DNA of 64,000 bases from Octopus vulgaris. Lineage: Eukaryota. The stretch is from contig OX597818.1 of assembly GCA_951406725.2 (NCBI GenBank), positions 55,428,001 to 55,492,000 on the forward strand, read 5' to 3'. Below are positions 23,403-35,568 of this stretch, piece after piece. A program made the position numbers and the translations under genes. The notes under the pieces were generated by a model that did not search any database, was not told the origin of the DNA, and saw only the letters and a list, made by a program, of their open reading frames with translations. Every line of letters begins with the position of its first letter. Within the stretch, counting starts at the first letter, position 1.

Positions 23403-24578
23403 TATGTGTATGTATGTATATATATATATGTGTATGTATGTGTATGTATGTATGTGTATGTATGTATGTGTATGTATGTATGTATATGTATTTGTATATA
23501 GATGTATGTATATATATATATATATGCGTGTGTGTCCCACCATAGTTTGACAATCTGTGTTGGTTCGTTTACGTCCCCCTAACTTATCGGCTTAGTAAAC
23601 GAGATCGACAGATTCAGTGTCAGGCTTTAAAATAGTGTGGCCGATTTGTTCAACTAAATCCTTCAAGGCGGTGCACCAGCATGGCCACAGTCCAATGACA
23701 AACCTATATATTAATTAGAAAACATAGCGGACATCCTCCTGGGTAGTGCTCAATACATATTACATAAAGCAAATGTAGAGTTAATATACATTTGTATAAA
23801 TGATAACGCTATCTATGTTTGTATGCGCATGTATTATGACGCTTACTATGGCAGAAACATCCCCTCAGTCATCCTATTGTTGCCCTTTTCAGACCCCCAC
23901 TTTTTTTAATGGCGTGTCAATTTTGGAAAAAATTTTCATTCTAGTGATTATCTCCCCTTGTCATTTGAAATTGAGTGTAAACGTCAGTAAGCGATTGTTC
24001 GACCATCCTGAAAGCGGAGATAGTTTCACGAAATCAGATATATATCTTGTATAGTATTTAATGTACCTCCATGAGCCTGTTGCGCAAAGACATTCCGCAA
24101 TGTTTCTAGCTCTTTAGCCGTTATCAGTGGGAAATACCGAATAGGGGTAACTCTGGGCAGATTTAAAGCCGTAGATTGAACTAAAACACAGCCAGCAATA
24201 TTAAATGAGTTGCGCTATTAGACCGCCCTTTCGGCAGAAATTCAGCAGTATCAGCGCCAGGATGTGTTTAACCATAAGCGAACTTTAGGCCACATTGGGT
24301 AGATATGGTGTGTTTATACTTTATACTACAAGAGAGCATTTTTTTATCTGTAGCAACTGCAGTAAATTCGCTTTTCGAAACTGAAATACATCACAAATAT
24401 ATTTTAACTAACAAAGTTCGCTTATGCCTAAATACAGCTTGCGTTGATATTGCTTAATAATAATACTGTGTTTAAAAAGCTTACATCCTAATCCATAAGC
24501 TCTTTAGGCAAATATCGTCAGCTACGTCGTACAGTTAAATTATTTTGTGCGAGGAATCTAGTTGACGGAAACTGTACA

Positions 24579-24985
24579 GGCGGCGAGCTGGCAGAAACGT
24601 TAGCACGCCGGGCGAAATGCTTAGCGGTATTTCGTCTGCTGTTATGTTCTGAGTTCAAATTTCGCCGAGATCGACTTTGCCTTTCATCCTTTCGGGGTCG
24701 ATTAAATAAGTACCAGTTACGCACTGTGGTCGATGTAATCGATTTAATCTGTTTGTCTGTCCTTGCCTGTCCTCTCTGTGTGTAGCCCCTTGTGGGTAGT
24801 AAAGAAATAAGTATTTCGTCTGCCGTTACGTTCTGAGTTCAAATTCCGCCGAGGTCGACTTTGCCTTTCATTCTTTCGGGGTCGAAAAATTAAGTACCAG
24901 TTACGCACTGGAGTCGACTTAATCCGTTTGTCTGTCCTTGTCTGTCTCCTATATGTTTACCCCCTTATGGGCAATACAGAAATAG
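24579..24985 (+). mobile_element. SINE family B dimer inserted into a SINE A remnant
   Basis: TSD ggaaactgtacag on both sides. Confidence 0.9.
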
Positions 24986-25018
24986 GAAACTGTACAGAAG
25001 CCTGTCGTATGTATTTTA

Positions 25019-25105
<87 letters not shown>

Positions 25106-25357
25106 GTCTTGGTGTCAATATGATCGACTAAACGCTTCAAAGGGACATCCCAACTTGGTCGTAATCGAGTAATTGAATCCATTAAAAGAATTTTACAAAT
25201 ATTTAACTACAGACAAGCAAATGTGACCCCGCAATGCTGTATATATAAATAGCGTTTACGTTTGTTTACGGCATGTATACATGCGCACACTGGATACTGC
25301 ACACTCAACATATTTTATTCTGTAGTTGTAATGTATGTAATATATATTTATAAATGA

Positions 25358-25438
<81 letters not shown>

Positions 25439-25649
25439 CACACTCATACACACACATCAAAATACACATGCATACGTATACACTCGCATACACACACTAT
25501 TACACACAGATATGTGTGTGTGCGTGTATCGTCTGAACATCTGTTGCCTCCTGTTTAACCTGAGTATTTACTCACCACACATATCTCTACTAGAGGTATA
25601 TCATAGAGAGGAGAAATATTATACATGGACGTTTCTATATTTGTTAAGT

Positions 25650-26030
25650 GGAGGCGCAATGGTCCAGTGGTTAGGGCAGCGGACTCGCGGTTGTAGGATC
25701 GCAGTTACGAATCTCAGACCGGGCGCTGTGGGTGTTTATTGAGCGAAAACACCTAAAAGCTCCACGAGGCTCCTGCAGGGATGGTGGTGATCCCTGCTGT
25801 ACTCTTTCACACAACTTTCTCTCACTCTTTCTTCCTGTTTCTGTTGTACCTGTATTCACAAAGGTCCAGCCTTGTCACACTCTGTGTCACACTGAATTTC
25901 CCCTGAGAACTACGTTAAGAGTACACGTGTCTGTGGAGTGCTCAGCCACTTGCACGTTAATTTCACGAGGAGGATGTTCCGTTGATCAGATCAACTTGAA
26001 CCCTCGTCGTCGTAACCGACGGAGTGCCAC
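25650..26030 (+). mobile_element. SINE family C
   Basis: Full-length match to family C. Confidence 0.9.
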
Positions 26031-26109
26031 GATATTTGTGAAGTTCGCATGTCGTGAAGAGGCAAGAATCTTTGCGTTTTGAGTAAAACTCTTCAGCGAG
26101 GAAATAACG

Positions 26110-26480
26110 GCTGCAGGTATAGCTGTGTGGTTAAGAAACTAGAATTGTAACCGCGTAATTTCAGGTTCGGTCTCACTACGCGGCACTTTGGACAAATGTC
26201 TTCTACTGCAGCGCAGGGCCGATCATTGCCTTGTGAGTGAATTTGGTAGACACAAACTTCGTGGAAACCCATCGTGTGTGTGTGTGTATCTGTGTGTGTA
26301 CCTTCCCTGCTTGACAGCAGATTTTGGTTTGTTTATGTTCTCGTAACTTGTTGGTTCAGTAAAAGAGATCGATAGAATACTTACCAGACTTTAAGAAAAG
26401 TACTGTGGTCGATTCGTTCGATTAAGCTTTTCAAGGTGGTGCCCCAGCATGGCCGTGGTCCCATGAATAAAATAAGTAAG
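26110..26480 (+). mobile_element. Diverged SINE family A
   Basis: Head and tail motifs recognisable. Confidence 0.78.
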
Positions 26481-27094
26481 ACAGAGACAACATATTGATA
26501 ATACAGTCATAAGTACGACGGACACAACATTTTATTGCCTCTACCATCTTGCTTTCCTTGAAACGTCAGTATTCTCGATGGCAGAATATTTTTCGTCCTG
26601 ATAAAGTGCTTTTACACGAAACATCAAGCTTCTCGTTTTACTACGCCGCGAAAATTTATTTGAATTTACGGACTTCGTTAAATATTATTTACTAACACAG
26701 ATCATTAATCGTTTCATTGGGCTTTGGTTTTCATTTGCTGTAGACTGTGAGTACTTGACTTAGCGAGTTAATCCGTTCTTAAGTATCGCTCATAAATCAC
26801 TAACTTCTAAACACACACATACACACACATTAAAATACATAAGACAGGCTTCTGTAAAGTTTCCTATTTCTTTATTGCCCACAAGGGCTAAACATAGAGG
26901 AGACAGACAAGGACAGACAAAGGGATTAAGTCGATTACATCGACCCTAGTGCGTAACTGGTACTTAATTTATCGACCCCGAAGGGATGAAAGGCAAAGTC
27001 GACCACTGCCACCACAAAGGGTAACACTCTAAGTTGATGCTTCGTTATCTTTCGCCTGAGTTCAAATTCCGCCGTGTGGTGTGTGTGTGACCGC

Positions 27095-27460
27095 AACACT
27101 AGCAAATGCTGGAGCAGTTGCCTTTTGAGAGGTCTTACGTTTGCGTTCACCAGGATAGATCCTCGACGACAGTGTGGCTTAATCATGAGGGTTGTCGTTC
27201 CTGTTTCAGGAGGTGAGATGTGATAATCTTTGCTTGATATGTGCTGTGATTGTTGATACATACCGTCGAAGGAGACAAGACTGCCATGTCGCTATTGGCA
27301 GATGCTTTCAATGTCTGCTCATAGAATCAGTGCAGTTTTGACATGTGGTGTCTAGATTGCATGTGGATGATGCATGGTTGGGGAAAGGTTAGGGAAGAAT
27401 GGAAGAGAACATCTGTGGAGGAGTGGGCGTTGTTGAAGATGACTGAGTGCATCGTTAATG
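27095..27460 (-). mobile_element. Decayed CR1-group LINE reverse transcriptase fragment
   Basis: Minus strand gives IND... and ADIESICQ*RHGSLVSFDGMYQQSQHISSK, matching the DLxxIxxWGxxNLVxFNxxKTQxxxISxK pattern. Confidence 0.55.
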
Positions 27461-27849
27461 TAAGGGGGGATGTGGGGGCTCGACCTGCAAGAAACAGCAA
27501 CTATATCTCCCAGAAGTCACATCCATTTATCTTACATAAAAATGAACTTATTGTATACAGAGCTCAGGTGCACCACGACTCATCAGAAATATTAACATCT
27601 TGAGGGATGTAGTGTTCCAACAACTAACAACTCATGCGAGTAGTTTATTTGATGCTTCAGCAAGTCTGAGCGTGAAAAAAATATTTCCGAAAGTCATGGG
27701 TGTTGTGTTGCTTTTTGATTTTGTGAGCATGTCCACGAGTGTTGGATGTATGGAATTCAAAAAAGGTTTCCCTAGGTTGTTGTTGGAAAGATGGTGGATA
27801 ATGGGGCTCACAATTATTAAGACACATTAGTTAAAGTAACCCCTTATCT

Positions 27850-28142
27850 CTTACCTTTTACTAATTTCAGTCATTAGATTGGGGCCACACTGGGGCACCG
27901 CCTTGAAGAATGTTTAATAGAAGGAATTGACCCCAATACTTTATTTAAGCCTGATACTTATTCTATCGATCTCTTTTGCCGAACCGCTAAGTTACGGGGA
28001 GTAAACACACCAACACCGTCTACCAAATCCACACAGAAGGCTTTGGTCGGTCAAGGGTATAGTAGAAGACACTTGACCAAGGTGTCACGTAGTGGCACTG
28101 AACCCGGAACCATGTAGTCAGGAAACAAGCTTCTTATCACAC
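27850..28142 (-). mobile_element. SINE family A with internal deletion
   Basis: Reverse complement of family A lacking the central microsatellite. Confidence 0.8.
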
Positions 28143-28532
28143 AAAAAGAGAAAATGGGATGGTCACGGCAGGAACGCCTTCGATCATAGGTCGGGTAACA
28201 GATTTTATTTCTATGAGGTCCCTCGATCAGCTGGAAAAGTACCTAAATCAAGTTAAACTAAGGTAAAACAGTTTTGATGCTGAAGGTGATGGCTGGAAAA
28301 TCTTTTATCAGGCAAGACCGGGACAGCAGGCTTCAGTATCGTTAAACAAGTATTTCTCGAGCTATCAAATCTCTAGGCGGTATCTAGACCTACTAGAAAT
28401 AGTAGCAAACTCCTTCAACTCGCACCTTACAGTCTAAAAAAATGTTCTATAGTTGTATTTCAAATGCGTCAAAAGAACCTTAATCAAAGATCTACTCGGT
28501 CATTACCAACTTGGAACTAAATAAATAACCTT

Positions 28533-28880
28533 TGTACGCTAGACACAAGGCCTGAAATTTTGAGGGAGGGAACTAGTCGATCACATCGACCCCAGTACTC
28601 AACTGGTACTTATTTTATTGACCCCAAAAGGATGAAAGGCAAAGTCGACCTCGGCGGAATTTGAACTCAGTACGTAGCGGCAGACGAAATACGGTGAAAC
28701 ATTTCGCTCGACGTGCTAACGATTCTTTTCTACTCTAGACACAAGGCACTAAATTTTTTTGAGGGGTGGCAGTCGATTAGATCGACCCCAGTACGCAACT
28801 AGTACTTAATTTATAGACCCTGGTATGATGATAGGCAAAGTCGACCTCGGCGGAATTTGAACTGAGAACGTAAGGAAAGA
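28533..28880 (-). mobile_element. Two tandem SINE family B copies
   Basis: cacaagg...atcgaccccagta...aaagtcgacctcggcggaatttgaac occurs twice. Confidence 0.85.
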
Positions 28881-28926
28881 CTTGAAAAATTGGACAAAAA
28901 CATTTTTCTTAAGAATAAATTTTTAA

Positions 28927-28959
28927 TGTCATGATTAGCGAAAGCGAAACCAGTCGACA
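28927..28959 (+). ncRNA. 33-nt hammerhead motif with A3-U8 in place of C3-G8
   Basis: TGTC-ATGATTA-GC(GAAA)GC-GAAA-CCAG-TC-GACA; GUC cleavage triplet. Confidence 0.7.
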
Positions 28960-29295
28960 AACATAATATAAAATATATTAAAAATTATATCAAAACTATG
29001 TATAGTGTGTGCAGTTTCCTTCTTCAATTTCTTATATATATATATATAACTTACCACGCAGGGATAATCGAAATTCCTCCTATGTTTGTGAATCTGTGTC
29101 CCCCCCCCTACAAAGCTTGACAACTGATATTGCTGTGTTTACGTCCCCGTAAATCTAGAGGTTCGACAAAAGACACCGATAGAATAAGTACCAGGCTTAC
29201 AAAGAATGAGGCCTGGGGTCGATTCGTTCAACTAAATGCGGTGCTCCAGCATGACCGCAGTCAAATGACTGAAACAACAGAATAACAGAACATCT

Positions 29296-30190
29296 TCATC
29301 ACCACCACCACCACCACCACTATTACGAAACCCGCCGCCACCATCAACCGCACCAGCATCACCGCCGCCACCACCACCACCACCACCACCACCACCATCA
29401 TCATCATCAACAACAATAACAACTCTACTTTTACCACCCACACTCTGCAGTATTAATTACAACCAGCTCTGACCTGATATTTCTGTTATCAGAGCAAGGC
29501 AGGTGACAGGTGCTGGGTTAGACTACTCTGACCATATGGTGCTGATGGTGGTGATGATGATGGTGGTGGTGATGATGATGATGATGACTATGATGGTGGT
29601 GGTGGTAGTGGTGGTGATGTGGCGGTGATGATGTTGCTGCTGCTACTATAATGCTCTGCGTGTTGGTGATGCTGCTGGTGAAATGATGATGATGATGATG
29701 ATGGTTTTCTTGGTGATGCGGGTGCTCGCGGTACTAGTGATAATGGTGGTGGGGACTGTGGCGGTATTGTGGTGATGGTGGTGGTGGTGGCAATGATGGT
29801 GATGATGATGATGATGTTAGTAGTAATAATAGTGGAGTTAGGGATGTGGTGGTGGTGGTGGTGGCAATGATGATGATGATGTTAGTAGTAATAATGGTAG
29901 TGTTAGTGATGTATTGTGGTGGTGGTGGTGGTCTGATGGTTGTGGTAACGGTGTTTGAGTATTGATGTTGCCGCTAGTGGCGTGAATAATGTTGATGATA
30001 GTGGCGTCGGTGACGTATTGGTATAGGTTGAGGTGGTGATACTGGTAGTAGTGATGATGGTGCTGGTGATAGTGGTGGTGGTGGTGGTGGTAGTGGTGGT
30101 GGTGGTGGTGGTGTATTCTTGGTGATGGTGTGAAAGTGTTGATCCAGTGTGGTAGTGGTGAGAGTGATAATGAAAACATGACATGAGGTA
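29296..30190. repeat. (CCA)n followed by (GGT/GAT)n trinucleotide fields
   Basis: Directly visible. Confidence 0.9.
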
Positions 30191-30682
30191 TGTAAGTAGC
30201 ATACGTGCATGACACTTGTCTGCGGAAGTTTAAAGAGATAAAGGCTTGATATAAAGAGCACCGTCTTAGCAATATTACAGGCCCCTCGGACAAATCAATG
30301 CACTGGGCCCTAAAGTATTTAACAAACCATAAAATAATTGGGCCCCTTGACCCGTGAGAACCCCTCCCGGACGCATCAATACACAGGCTTCTATTGTATT
30401 ACTGTATGTGTATGTATGTGTTTATAGTTTTATGAATGAAAGCATTTAAAGCTGGATCGTAATCTGGGTGGAAGTTAATTCGAGTAAAGATTACGTATCC
30501 ATCTAGAGATTAATATCGACTCAGACAGCACGATGAACATAAGTGTACGGATTTGATATTTTTGTCTCTGAATACACGCTGTCTCTCGGTGTATTTATGT
30601 GTATAATATACATACAAACATACACACATACGTGTGCGCGTTGTGTTGTGTGTGTGTGTGCTTCCTTCATCTTATATATTTG

Positions 30683-31270
30683 GGATCTCTTCAGTTTGGC
30701 TCACAGATTTGAAAATTATATTTTTAAACTAAACTGTTTGAAACTTCGTATACTGGTGTAATTTCTCACGTTGAACACGGTTTACTTTCAACATTTTTGA
30801 CAAAATTTCGTATTTTAGAAGTTATTTCGTTTTCAGTTGTTGTATTTGGGTAATTTTAACTGATCAACGACGTGTATTCAGCTGAAGAAACCTACTGCTG
30901 TTTGCGATTGTGGAAGAGCAAAAACTTCCGGGTCATCAAGCGTGTAATATGCAACACAGGCAGTAAACAAAAATAAAATGAACAGAATGGTGAAAATATC
31001 ACATGCAGTAAGTAAAAATATCCATGCGTAAGCCAAAAAACACGTCCAAGCTAAAGAACATATCTAATAATCCACACGTGATTGAAAAATACATTTAGTA
31101 GAGATGACCCGGAAGTTGTTGCTCTTCGATTACTATCGCATACAGCAGTAGGTTTCTTCAGCTGAATACACGTCGTTGATTGGTTAAAATTACCCAAATA
31201 CGAGAACTTTAACACGAAATAACTTCTAAAATACGAAATTTTGTCAAAAGTGTTGAAAGTAAATGTGTTT
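30683..31270. mobile_element. Long-TIR MITE related to 5151-5767, right end truncated
   Basis: Begins ggatct and shares tgtattcagctgaa...actgctg...acttccgg. Inverted arms at ~30780-30937 and 31103-31265. Confidence 0.82.
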
Positions 31271-31906
31271 ACTTTAAGTTCTACATAGAGATTGTATTTA
31301 CAAAGGCTGTATGGGCTGGACATTTTTATTGCCTGAAAATCCCAGCTTTTCGAAACTACGATGTACATATTAACAGATACTTTTTTTATAATTATAGATG
31401 CTAGTATAAATTTATAATTTGAGTAGAGAAACGTGTGCTTCGAAACAGTTGTCCGTAAATATTTTTTTCTTCGTCGAATTTGGAAGAAATGTTTACACTT
31501 GCAAAGCAGCTGACCTCTATATCTGGGCAAATTTTATCCCTTTTAGTCCCGAATATTTATATTGGGATTTTTATACCTGAATTTCGAAGAGGTTTTGAAT
31601 GTTCTCGTAATATTCCCTGCTAGGATGTAATGAATGCATTAGAAATAGTCATAGCTGTCCCTGATGAATTCTTTCCTACGGTGGAATGAGACAACTGGGC
31701 GTAGCTGTTTAGGTGCTGGCAATTTGGCGTGGCTGACTGCACATTCAGACTGTTCTGGCGTCAGAGCTTTTTGACGATGGAGGTAAATACGCACGCCGAA
31801 ATACACGTAGACAGACGAAAAAGAAATGGGAGAGAAAGAGACATAATAAGTTGATTGAACACGAATAACAGGAACTCTCCCTTTCTTAATACACACTGAA
31901 AATTAT

Positions 31907-32250
31907 GGAGGGAGGGGAGAGACAGACAGGGAGAGGGGGGAGAGAGGGAGAGGGAGGAGAGAGATGGAGAGACAGACAGAGGGAGAGGGAGGGGAAAGAG
32001 GGAGAGACAGACAGACATAGGGAGAGAGGGAGACAAAGCGAGAGAGAGTGAGAGAGAGCGGGAGGGAGGGAGGCAGAGAAAAGAGGGCGCGAGGGAGAGG
32101 AGAGAGGGCAGAAGGGAGAGGAGAGAGAGGAGAGCCGGGGAGAGAGAGGGAGACAGACAGAGGGGAGAGGAAGAGAGAATGAGAAGGCGAGAGAGAGGGA
32201 GAAACAGAGGGAGACAAAGAGGGATTCAGAGAGACCTAGACAGACAGATA
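31907..32250. repeat. GA-rich polypurine tract
   Basis: Directly visible. Confidence 0.9.
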
Positions 32251-32593
32251 CATTAACACGTCTAATAAGTCAGGGTCGAATAATCGGCTCCACAACGGCA
32301 GCGCCAGAACATCTCACACTCTTTGCTTCGATGTTATTCTATTTATTGTTTTAGCAGAAGCATCACGCAAACCTGGCATGTTGTTGCAGGATGACATCTT
32401 TCAGCAGCTGCTCAACACCTGTGTTATATTTTCTACAACCTTTTCGGTCGCATTATGTGTGCTTAAGAGCTTCACTATCTGATTCGAGAAATATTTCATT
32501 GCGAGAAATCTGATGTCGGAGTGAAAAAACCAACTTCTTTTAAAAGTGATGTCATGTTTCTGCCAATAGTCCAAGAGAAGCTATACTCTAGGG

Positions 32594-32812
32594 CAGTGCT
32601 TTTCAAACTTTTTGCTGGAGCGGAACCCCAAGGAAACATTCCACTGGCTCGAGGAACCCCTGTGCAATAATTTAATAGTCTTATGCACACATATCTGCAC
32701 AGGAGAATTAAAAATTACTGCCGATTTTAGCAGTTTTGTAACTTCTTGCGGAACCCCTAGACTGTACTGGCAGAACTCTAAGGTTCCGCGGAACCCTGGT
32801 TGAAAACCACTG
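32594..32812. mobile_element. hAT (Charlie/Buster-like) MITE
   Basis: TIR cagtgcttttcaa / ttgaaaaccactg; exact 8-bp TSD CTCTAGGG. Confidence 0.92.
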
Positions 32813-32883
32813 CTCTAGGGCATAATCCTTAAATCATCGGGAACACCATTTTTGGTGTGCAGTGTTTTTCCTCCGGATCTTTC

Positions 32884-33028
32884 AGGCGCAGGAGTGGCTG
32901 TGTGGTAAGCAGCTTGCTTACCAACCACATGGTTCCGGGTTCAGTCTCACTGCGTGGTACTTTGGGCAAGTGTCTTCTACTATAGCCACGGGCCGATCAA
33001 TGCCTTGGGAGAGGATTTGGTAGACGGT
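32884..33028 (+). mobile_element. SINE family A 5' part, truncated by a pLTR-like segment
   Basis: Family A head ends abruptly at ggtagacgg. Confidence 0.85.
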
Positions 33029-33152
33029 AACGAGACGTCCGCATGAGATTGAACATGTATATAGTTCTACCAATTACATTTGGGGTTATACTTCAAAAGT
33101 CTTCGTTTTGGCACGGACGTCTCGTGTACTGTTCTTATATTTTGCTATGACG

Positions 33153-33208
33153 ATCACACTGATGAGTTGCGGACATTCTACGTAAGTGACAACGAAACTG
33201 GTTTGTGT
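33153..33208 (+). ncRNA. Type-I hammerhead ribozyme with canonical core
   Basis: CACA-CTGATGA-GTTG(20 nt)CAAC-GAAA-CTGG-TT-TGTG. Confidence 0.82.
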
Positions 33209-33355
33209 TGAATCTTTATATTTTGTATCTTTTCATTTGTCTTGCTCACTTACGTTCTGGCGTTTGCTAAATTTTCTAGAGAACATTCCTTTCTTAGTGG
33301 TAAGACCATAGGGAGTCTACTTCTAGCATATGGATGTCCACTTAGTGGTCATCAC

Positions 33356-33435
<80 letters not shown>

Positions 33436-33851
33436 ATATGTATGTGTGTGTGTGTGTGTGTGTGTGATTGTGAATATATATACACACAAATGTATGTATG
33501 TATGAAGTTTACTTTTGCGTTAGATGTAACACCAACAAAAAATGTATTCTATCCGGTAAGGGATAAATATTATTTAATGCATGCATACATAGCTCATAAA
33601 TATATACGTGTAAATTAAAGAATATGTGTGTTTATATATTTATATCATATATATATATATACACATATGCATTTACGTGAATCTGTGTATATATATATGT
33701 ATATATGTGTGTGTATGTGAGTAAAATTAAAATGCGTTTATATATTATATTATGTACACACTGCAATATAATATCTTATATAGAATATAATCCATATAAA
33801 GAGGTTATAATATATACGTACAGTGTGTGTGAATGTGAACGAATGTGTATG

Positions 33852-33917
<66 letters not shown>

Positions 33918-34494
33918 ATGTCCGTGTGTCTGTATGTATATGCATATATGTACGTATATGATTATATCTGTATGTGTATGTACGTATGCATGTATGTATA
34001 TGTGGGTGTAAGTATTCGATAGCCGTGCTCGCTCTGACCGAATTTATTAAGGCGTCGACGAATAGAAACGACAAAAGTTTCTTGACTGTGCGTGTGCGCG
34101 TGCCTCTATGCGTATGTGTGTGCGTATGCGTGTGCGTGTGCGTGTGCGTATGTGTATCTGCGCGTGCGTCCGTATGCGTACGCGCCAGTGTGCATGCGTG
34201 TACGTGTGTCTCTGACGTCTGCTGTTTGGTTGACGTTACGATCGTCTGCTAAGCTTTCAGGGATTGGTAAGCTACACAAAGATTATCATCATATCATTGG
34301 GATTTTCCCAGAATTGTCACACAGTTCCCTCATAGGCTGATGTTATTGAAGCAAATATTTCCCATTGGCTATTCTTCAACGTTTATTTCCATTATATTTC
34401 TAAAGGTCCGTTTTTTCTAGTCAAGTAAAACACAATCTTTTCCCTCTCAATTGGCTGAAAACGGTTGACGTCTTTCATTCTCAATGTCTGCTCT

Positions 34495-34578
34495 ATTGTT
34501 GTTGTAATTGGTGCTGCTGTTGTTGTTGTTGTTTTTGTTGTTGTTGTTGTTGTTGTTGTTGTTCTTCTTCTTCTTCTT

Positions 34579-34651
<73 letters not shown>

Positions 34652-34836
34652 TTTTTTCTTCTCATTTTCCTTATTCTTCTCCTTATTCTTTTTCTTCTCA
34701 TTCTTTTTCTTCTTCTTCTCATTCTTCTTCTTTTTTCTTCTCATTTTCCTTATTCTTCTTCTCTTCATTCTCCTCCTCCTCCTTCTACTCATTCTTTTTC
34801 TTCTCCTCCTCATTCTTCTTCTTCTTCTTCTTCTTC

Positions 34837-34912
<76 letters not shown>
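34495..34912. repeat. Compound (GTT)n(CTT)n(ATT)n microsatellite
   Basis: Directly visible. Confidence 0.95.
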
Positions 34913-35079
34913 ATCTCCTTCTCGTTCAAGCACAAATGGGAAGTCATTTTTTAAACTTAACGACAGCAGACGAATGATCAGTACTGACTTCATGAAGACA
35001 AGGAGAACGACGGGCGACAGCAACAACAACATCATCAACAACAACGACAACAACATTAACAATAATAATATTATTTTCT

Positions 35080-35518
35080 TACTGTAGGCACAATGCCTGA
35101 ATTTTAGGGGTAGGAGGCTAGTCGGTTACATCGACTCCTACTGTTCATCTGGTACTTATTTTATCGACCCCAAACAGATGGAAGGTAAATTTGACCTCGG
35201 CGGAATTTGAACTCGGAACGTAAAGACGGACGAGATGCCGCTAAGCATTTTCCCCAGCGTCCTAACGATCGTACCAGCTCTCCGCAATAATAATAATAAT
35301 AATAATTCTTTCTACTGGAAGCACGAGGCCTCAAATTTTGGGGGGAGGCACTAGTCGATTAGATCGACCCCAGTGTTTCACTGGTACCTAATTTATCGAC
35401 TCCGAAAGGATGAAAGGCAAAGTCGACCTCGGCCGAATTTGAACTCACAACGTAACGGCAGACGAAATACCGCTAAGCACTTCGCCCGGCGTGCTAACGA
35501 TTCTGCCAGCTCGCCGCC

Positions 35519-35519
<1 letters not shown>
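35080..35519 (-). mobile_element. Two SINE family B copies embedded in (TAA)n
   Basis: Reverse complement of family B; the second ends ccagctcgccgcc. Confidence 0.88.

Positions 35520-35568
<49 letters not shown>

Noticed and set aside
25214-25266. AT-rich hairpin
   Set aside because: Depends on many G:U pairs and a 7-nt bulge; plausible by chance.
31624-31790. Possible coding exon ending at gag|gtaaat
   Set aside because: Stops in all frames from the upstream AG; the shorter version has a weak acceptor and no recognisable peptide.
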